From an uncultured Gemmatimonadales bacterium (GTDB taxonomy: Bacteria > Gemmatimonadota > Gemmatimonadetes > Gemmatimonadales > GWC2-71-9), in assembly GCA_963825055.1 (NCBI GenBank), contig CAWGSK010000030.1, positions 32,001 through 96,000 on the forward strand: 64,000 nucleotides of DNA, given 5' to 3'. The notes beneath the pieces are model-generated. The model ran no database searches. It saw only the letters and a list, made by a program, of their open reading frames with translations, and was not told the origin of the DNA. The translations under genes were made by a program, and so were the position numbers. Below, in pieces: positions 59,572 to 64,000 of the stretch; positions within the stretch are counted from its first letter, which is position 1, and each line of letters opens with the position of its first letter.

Positions 59572-61682
59572 TGGCCGGTAACCGCCTCGGGCACGCTGCC
59601 TCGGCCTATCTCCAATCGGCCGCGCACCAGCCCGTGCACTGGTATCCCTGGGGCGCCGAGGCCTTCGCCACCGCCCGCGACCTGGATCGCCCCATCCTGC
59701 TGGACATCGGTGCGGTCTGGTGCCACTGGTGTCACGTGATGGATGGCGAGTCGTACGAAGACCCGGCGCTTGCGGAGTGGCTCAACACCCGCTTCGTGTG
59801 CGTGAAGGTTGACCGCGACGAACGTCCAGACGTGGACGCCCGCTACCAGCGCGCCGTCCAGTCCTTCACCGGGCAGGGCGGATGGCCGCTGACGGCATTC
59901 CTCACGCCGGCGGGGGACGTTTTCTACGGCGGGACCTACTTCCCTCCCGACGGCAGGTACGGCCGCCCCGGTTTCCGGAGTGTCCTGGAACGGGTGTCCG
60001 AGGTATACCGCGGGGAACGGGACCGGGTCGAGGCACAGGGCGGAGCGATCCGCCAGATGCTGGCCCGCTCGCTCGACGAGACGGCCCCGGGCGAGGTCAC
60101 GCCGGCCGTGCTCGAGGCCGCCGTCGGATCCATGCGCCAGGCCTTCGACGCGGCACACGGTGGCTTCGGGAGCGCGCCCAAGTTCCCCCACCCGGCCGCG
60201 ATCCGTTTTCTGCTGGGGTACGCCGCCGACCACGACGACCAGGACGCGGAGGACATGGCGCTCGCCAACCTCACCGCGATGGCGCGCGGGGGCATTCACG
60301 ACCACCTCGGTGGCGGCTTCCATCGCTACAGCACCGACGCGCAATGGATCGTCCCGCATTTTGAGAAGATGGCCTACGACAACGCCGGGCTCCTGCAGGC
60401 CTACGTGGAGGGCGTCGCGTGGAGTGGCGACCCGGCGTACGAACGGGCCGCGGCCGGCATCGTGCAGTGGATCCGCGAGGTCCTCGCGCTGCCCGATGAC
60501 GGGTTCGGGGCAAGCCAGGACGCTGATGTCGGGCTGGACGACGACGGCGACTACTTCACCTGGACCCTGGCCGAATCCGCCGCAGTGCTGGACGAGCGTG
60601 AGCTCGCCGTGGCGGCCGCGTATTTCGACATTGGCACCGCGGGCGAAATGCACCACAATCCCTCGAAGAATGTCCTCTACGTTGCCGCTTCCATCGAGGA
60701 GGTGGCCGGGCGGACCGGACTCGGGACCGGGCGGGCCCGCGAGCTGCTCGAGTCGGCGCTGACAAAACTCCGCGCTGCAAGGGATGGTCGTGAGTCCCCG
60801 TTCGTGGACCGTACGCCGTACACCAGCTGGAATGCCATGGTGGCGGCGGCATTGCTCCGCGCGGCGCCAATCCTCGATGACGACGAGGCGGGACGCCTCG
60901 GCATACGCGCACTCGAGCGTATCCGTCGCGAAGCCCCGCGTCCTGACGCGGTGGGGCATACGCCCGGGGCGTCCCCCACCCTGCTGGACGACCAGGTCCA
61001 GGTGGCGCTCGCGGCCCTGGAGGCCGCAGAGTTCACCGGCGAAGCCAGTTGGGCCGACTGGGCCGGTCGGATCATGGCGCGCGCGTGGGACGTGCATGCC
61101 GATCCGGCCGGGGGCCTCTTCGACACGGTTCCCGGCTCGGGCGGCGAGGGCCTGCTCCCGGAGCCGGCCAAGGCGGTGCAGGACGCTCCGACGCCCGGAC
61201 CCAATGCGGTCGCCGCGGTGGTCTGCGCCCGTCTCGCGGAGTGGAACGGGGATCTGGTCTGGGCGAAGCGCCGGGATGCGCTGGTCCGCGCCTTCGGCGG
61301 CCGTGCCGCCGAGCTCGGGCTCCATGGCGCGACCCTGCTCTCCGCGGTCGACTGGGCCCTGAACCCCGCCACCCACATGGTGATTACGGGTGCGCCGGAT
61401 GACCCCGTCGCCCGGGAGATGTACCGCACGGCGCTCGCCGCCTTTGCCCCGAGGCGCGTGGTCCGGTGGCTCGCGCCGGACGAGGACAGGATGGGCCTGC
61501 CCCGCCCGCTCGTGGCGATGCTGGACGCCACGGCCGGTGGCGTGCGCGGCTACGCCTGCGCCGGCGCGACCTGCCAGGCGCCGGCGGCCTCACTGGAAGA
61601 GTGGCGGGCGGCGCTGCGCAGCGCCGGGGCACGGCTGCCGGCTCGCTGGGGTGAGCCGGAAAACGGGGCTACCTTTCCCTGA
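59571..61682 (+). CDS. Thioredoxin domain-containing protein YyaL/DUF255
   Basis: NRL...[33 protein letters not shown]. Confidence 0.92.
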   Translation: MAGNRLGHAASAYLQSAAHQPVHWYPWGAEAFATARDLDRPILLDIGAVWCHWCHVMDGESYEDPALAEWLNTRFVCVKVDRDERPDVDARYQRAVQSFTGQGGWPLTAFLTPAGDVFYGGTYFPPDGRYGRPGFRSVLERVSEVYRGERDRVEAQGGAIRQMLARSLDETAPGEVTPAVLEAAVGSMRQAFDAAHGGFGSAPKFPHPAAIRFLLGYAADHDDQDAEDMALANLTAMARGGIHDHLGGGFHRYSTDAQWIVPHFEKMAYDNAGLLQAYVEGVAWSGDPAYERAAAGIVQWIREVLALPDDGFGASQDADVGLDDDGDYFTWTLAESAAVLDERELAVAAAYFDIGTAGEMHHNPSKNVLYVAASIEEVAGRTGLGTGRARELLESALTKLRAARDGRESPFVDRTPYTSWNAMVAAALLRAAPILDDDEAGRLGIRALERIRREAPRPDAVGHTPGASPTLLDDQVQVALAALEAAEFTGEASWADWAGRIMARAWDVHADPAGGLFDTVPGSGGEGLLPEPAKAVQDAPTPGPNAVAAVVCARLAEWNGDLVWAKRRDALVRAFGGRAAELGLHGATLLSAVDWALNPATHMVITGAPDDPVAREMYRTALAAFAPRRVVRWLAPDEDRMGLPRPLVAMLDATAGGVRGYACAGATCQAPAASLEEWRAALRSAGARLPARWGEPENGATFP

Positions 61683-61748
61683 CCTGTTCCGGGGCCCGGT
61701 CGCGTGGAACGTCCTCGCGCCGCCGGAAGAACATCAGTTGGGGGAAGC

Positions 61749-62195
61749 ATGAAGCACGCCGTAATCGAGACCAGCCGTGGCACCATCAAGGCCGACCTGT
61801 TCGATGAAGAGACGCCGGGCACGGTCGCCAATTTCGAGAAACTTTCCAACAGCGAGTTCTATGACGGAACCCGCTTTCACCGGGTCATCCCGAACTTCGT
61901 CATCCAGGGCGGCGATCCGCTCTCCCGCGACCCGAACAACCCGCGGGTCGGCACCGGCGGTCCGGGGTACAAGATCAAGTGCGAGACCGACCGGAACACG
62001 CACAAACACGTGGCAGGTACGCTCTCCATGGCCCATGCGGGGAAGGACACTGGTGGCAGCCAGTTCTTCATCGCGCACTCGCCCCAGCCCCACCTCGACA
62101 AGGTCCACACCGTCTTCGGCCAGGTTACCGAAGGCATGGACGTAGTCAACCAGATCCGCCAGGGCGACGTCATCACCTCGATCCGGGTCGACTGA
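61749..62195 (+). CDS. Cyclophilin-type peptidyl-prolyl isomerase
   Basis: [31 protein letters not shown]. Confidence 0.95.
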   Translation: MKHAVIETSRGTIKADLFDEETPGTVANFEKLSNSEFYDGTRFHRVIPNFVIQGGDPLSRDPNNPRVGTGGPGYKIKCETDRNTHKHVAGTLSMAHAGKDTGGSQFFIAHSPQPHLDKVHTVFGQVTEGMDVVNQIRQGDVITSIRVD

Positions 62196-62611
62196 CCCTG
62201 CAACTCGACTTCGCGGTCCTCGCTGACTACGCCCTGATCGACCAGCAGGGCAAGCTGTCGATCCTCGGCATCTTCCAGAATGTGTGGGTCGCGACGTTCC
62301 CGACCGTCCACGCCCGGACCCACCTGGTGGTCCGGGTGCGTGGTCGGCGCACGGAGGTGGGAAGCCACGGTCTCCGGATCCGGTTCGTCGACGACCAGGA
62401 CACGGAATTGCTTGGCGGCCAGGGCACAGTCGAGTTCGGTGAACCGCCGGCCGGCGTGACGGAACTGGAGGCGGGAGCCGTCCTGGTCTTCGACATCCCC
62501 CTCCCCCGGGCCGGGGCGTATGCCTTCGAGATCAGCCTGGACGGAGGGGCAGTCCACCGGGTCCCGCTGGTCGCCGGGCAGCTCCAGGCCCCCGGGAACT
62601 ACCAGCACTAG
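62192..62611 (+). CDS. Small beta-sandwich protein (DUF6941-like), probable CTG start
   Basis: [21 protein letters not shown]...FP...GAYAFEI; no ATG/GTG/TTG in frame at the domain start. Confidence 0.65.
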   Translation: MTLQLDFAVLADYALIDQQGKLSILGIFQNVWVATFPTVHARTHLVVRVRGRRTEVGSHGLRIRFVDDQDTELLGGQGTVEFGEPPAGVTELEAGAVLVFDIPLPRAGAYAFEISLDGGAVHRVPLVAGQLQAPGNYQH

Positions 62612-62702
62612 GTCGGCCATCCGCTTGCCAGCCCGGTGACCGAACCCGATATTCCTGACACTATCCGCAACACCACTCCTTACCAGCGCGGAGAAACACA
62701 CA

Positions 62703-64000
62703 ATGCGAAGGTTCCCAGCGAGTCTGGCGGCGGGGGCGGCCCTTGCCCTCGTATTTGTCCTGCCGTCTGGCGCCGCAGCGCAGGGGTTCGGCATCTTCGA
62801 GCACGGGGCCTGCGCGATGGCCCGCGCCGGCACCTCGGTCGCGTCCACCTGCGGCGATGGCTCGGCAATCTTCTTCAACCCGGCTGGCCTCACCGGCAGC
62901 ACGGGTCAGACCCTGAGCGCGGGAGCGACGCTGATCGCCCCGAGCGGGGGGTTCACCAATGATTACACCGGCATCAAGACGGACCTGAACGACCGGGTCT
63001 ATCCAGTGCCGACACTGTTCTATACCCGCCCTGTCAATGACCGCTGGGCGGTCGGCATCGGCGTATTCGCACCCTACGGGCTGGAGACCGACTGGCCCGA
63101 GGACTTCGAGGGCCGCTTCCTCGGGTACAAGAGCCTGGTGCAGTCGTTCTACATCCAGCCCTCGGCCGCGGTGAAGGTCTACGACTGGCTCTCGGTCGGG
63201 GGTGGCCTCGACATCACCTATGTCCGGGTCAAGCTCAACCAGCACCTCGACCTGGCCACCTCGCCCACCACGACGCCCGGTGTCACCTTCGGGAACCTCG
63301 GCATCCCGGTCGGAACTGACTTCGCCGACGCGGAGCTGAGTGGGAATGCGATGAACCTCGGCGCCAACTTCGGCATCATGATCCAGGCGACGGACAGGCT
63401 CACGCTGGGGGCACGGTACATGACCCGCCAGAACGTCGAGATCACCGATGGCGAACTGAAGCTCCAGCAGATCTCCACCAACATCCTGCTCCCACAGGGG
63501 AACGCCCTCGGCCTCCCCGCCGGCACCCCTCTGGACCAGGTGCTGCAGCCCCAGTTCTCCGACCCGGGCCTGCTGACCAACCAGACGGCCTCAACCCGCA
63601 TCGCACTGCCGGACCAGATCGTCCTCGGGGCGGCCTTCCAGGCCACGCCGAAGCTGAAGCTGCTCTTCGACTGGCAGCGGACCAACTGGCAGGTGTTCGA
63701 CGCCCTGATCCTCAACTTCGAGAAACTCCCCACGAAGATCATCGCGGAGGATTACCAGCACACGAACGACTGGCGCTTTGGTGGTGAGTACGCCGTCAGC
63801 CCCAACACGATGCTCCGGGCCGGCTTCCTGACGCATGATGGCGCCGCACCGGACCAGACGGTCACGCCGAACCTTCCGGAAGGCCCCAGGTCGGAATTCA
63901 CGTTCGGCCTCGGTACCCGGCTCGGTAACGGCCTCAAGGTGGACCTCGCCTACCAGTACATCGATCAGGCCGACCGCCGGGGCCGGACCACGGACGGCGG
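62703..64000 (+). CDS. OmpP1/FadL family outer membrane transporter; 3' end runs off the window
   Basis: Manual translation: MRRFPASLAAGAALALVFVLPSGAAAQGFGIFEHGACAMARAG...DGSAIFFNPAGL...APYGLETDW. Confidence 0.9.
   Translation, partial: MRRFPASLAAGAALALVFVLPSGAAAQGFGIFEHGACAMARAGTSVASTCGDGSAIFFNPAGLTGSTGQTLSAGATLIAPSGGFTNDYTGIKTDLNDRVYPVPTLFYTRPVNDRWAVGIGVFAPYGLETDWPEDFEGRFLGYKSLVQSFYIQPSAAVKVYDWLSVGGGLDITYVRVKLNQHLDLATSPTTTPGVTFGNLGIPVGTDFADAELSGNAMNLGANFGIMIQATDRLTLGARYMTRQNVEITDGELKLQQISTNILLPQGNALGLPAGTPLDQVLQPQFSDPGLLTNQTASTRIALPDQIVLGAAFQATPKLKLLFDWQRTNWQVFDALILNFEKLPTKIIAEDYQHTNDWRFGGEYAVSPNTMLRAGFLTHDGAAPDQTVTPNLPEGPRSEFTFGLGTRLGNGLKVDLAYQYIDQADRRGRTTDG

Overview
A high-GC bacterial window with about 65 genes, mostly housekeeping; the gene content resembles Gemmatimonadota (inference, not checked). 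I found no rRNA, tRNA, CRISPR array, integrase or transposase. Left to right: a TonB-dependent receptor (truncated by the window edge), an M24 peptidase, a V4R-like protein and an ECF sigma/zinc anti-sigma pair. These are followed by a tightly coupled orphan biosynthetic cluster (DUF92, lipoprotein, FAD oxidoreductase, flavin reductase, methyltransferase, SRPBCC cyclase, FabF-type ketosynthase; no ACP or chain-length factor). Next come an aquaporin, ccmABCD, acs, kup, VKOR-DsbA, a TPR/ABC/M16 peptidase operon, pruA, an orphan WtpA-type binding protein, an acyl-ACP desaturase and yggTU. A SAM-II riboswitch precedes metH-yitJ, then acyl-CoA dehydrogenase, dacB, a second ECF/anti-sigma pair and peptidases. 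The window ends with an fRMsr-HDAC-hydrolase-degenerate PolX-nth-YyaL run, a cyclophilin and a FadL-type porin (truncated). The most unusual signals are: (i) the KS+cyclase+methyltransferase+flavoprotein cluster; (ii) five arrays of 7-9-mer tandem repeats arranged as inverted arms at gene 3' ends, four of them at convergent junctions; (iii) the SAM-II riboswitch; (iv) a PolX lacking its catalytic aspartates next to an Nth with a His-substituted Fe-S motif.
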